From positions 189,274 through 253,273 of the forward strand of contig JBAZYF010000001.1 in NCBI GenBank assembly GCA_041659505.1: a DNA stretch of 64,000 nucleotides. Reading direction: 5' to 3'. Every line of letters starts with the position of its first letter. The stretch's first letter is position 1. Source of the DNA: Parcubacteria group bacterium. Lineage in GTDB: Bacteria; Patescibacteriota; Minisyncoccia; Moranbacterales; UBA2206. Below, piece by piece: positions 63,269 to 64,000 of this stretch. Below the pieces are notes generated by a model. It made no database searches and was not told where the DNA came from. It saw nothing but the letters and a program-made list of their open reading frames with translations. The position numbers were made by a program, and so were the translations under genes.

Positions 63269-63952
63269 TTACTGACAAGCGTATTGACAAGCATCGATCC
63301 AACTTGCAAGTTCGCTTTTTGTTTGAACATATCCCAAGATATTAACGCTCGCGCCTTTGTGAATTCCGAGGTGTAGGTGTTTTCTCTCGCCGTCCGTTTC
63401 CGTGCTATAGGCAGCGCCGAGTTGACCAAGTGTGTCGCCGGCTTTCAGATCAGCCCCGATAGCGCTTGTGATACTGGAAAGTTTCAAGTGGCCGTAAACA
63501 ACCGTAACTGGTTGGTTGTTGAGCATGCACGATTCCACAGCCACTCCGCCATAACCGCTGGCAGATTTTTTCAAGATTAATTTTCCGTCACAAATTGCCT
63601 GCACAGGAACGGTTGCGTTCAGTTCTTCGGGAAAGATTTCGAAATCCGTGCCAGTGTGATAGCCAGAAAAACGTTCCGGCTGAACTGGAGACGTTGCTGG
63701 CGTGATGTAGATGCCGAAATATTTTTTGGTCACGCGCTCATTGGCGCGATCTAGTGGAGCCTGAAAACCACCAACGACTTGCACTGGTGAGCTGGTCGCC
63801 GGATCGGAAACTGTAGAATTATTTTGTATCGGCAAAGGCTGAGTTTGATTATTTTTAGTCACAGAGGCAGGCGCAACTATTTTTTCCACCCGCCAAAAAA
63901 TCAACCCCACTAAAACAAAAACTAAAATCAGAAGAATAAAATATTTTTTCAT
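63269..63952 (-). CDS. M23 family metallopeptidase
   Basis: Signal anchor; HTGTD, YGHL, HLHLGI. Confidence 0.9.
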   Translation of the reverse strand: MKKYFILLILVFVLVGLIFWRVEKIVAPASVTKNNQTQPLPIQNNSTVSDPATSSPVQVVGGFQAPLDRANERVTKKYFGIYITPATSPVQPERFSGYHTGTDFEIFPEELNATVPVQAICDGKLILKKSASGYGGVAVESCMLNNQPVTVVYGHLKLSSITSAIGADLKAGDTLGQLGAAYSTETDGERKHLHLGIHKGASVNILGYVQTKSELASWIDACQYACQ

Positions 63953-64000
63953 ATTCTTATATTATTAAAATAGCTCTCTTTTGCGAATTTTTTTCTCCAA

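Noticed and set aside
1-64000. Alternative genetic code (UGA=Gly); rRNA or tRNA genes
   Set aside because: Very long ORFs are open under code 11 and TGA ends genes at expected positions; no rRNA or tRNA signatures recognised

Overview
This window looks like a Patescibacteria/CPR (Parcubacteria-like) chromosome segment; that assignment is an inference from gene content, repeat families and weak Shine-Dalgarno signals. Positions 1-49.6 kb form a minus-strand surface-protein locus: a 7019-aa fibre-like protein (GNVGIGTT repeats, S74-like C-terminus), then four paralogous membrane-anchored multi-LamG proteins of about 1750-1950 aa. Every junction between these genes holds a small passenger gene (four-helix bundle, three AAA+/DUF4143 ATPases, GxxExxY) bounded by inverted and/or direct repeats. 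Positions 49.9-64 kb carry housekeeping and accessory genes: lgt, a MurF-like protein, an aminotransferase, a NUDIX hydrolase, ddl, an MNT-HEPN pair, a Cys-motif cluster, an RRM protein, a TrmB regulator and an M23 peptidase. Three observations stand out. (1) The surface proteins are built from conserved frameworks and unrelated AT-richer inserts whose borders show polar nucleotide signatures: G-rich/C-poor entry, C-rich exit, hybrid sites between tandem inserts, and TTTRATGGG in 23 of 26 LamG domains. This suggests an in-frame cassette-exchange diversification system. (2) Passenger genes sit in hairpin elements that begin at stop codons, with one arm duplicated. (3) REP-like palindromes are inserted in frame within coding sequences. 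No rRNA, tRNA, CRISPR array, transposase, integrase or reverse transcriptase was recognised. All counts were made by eye.
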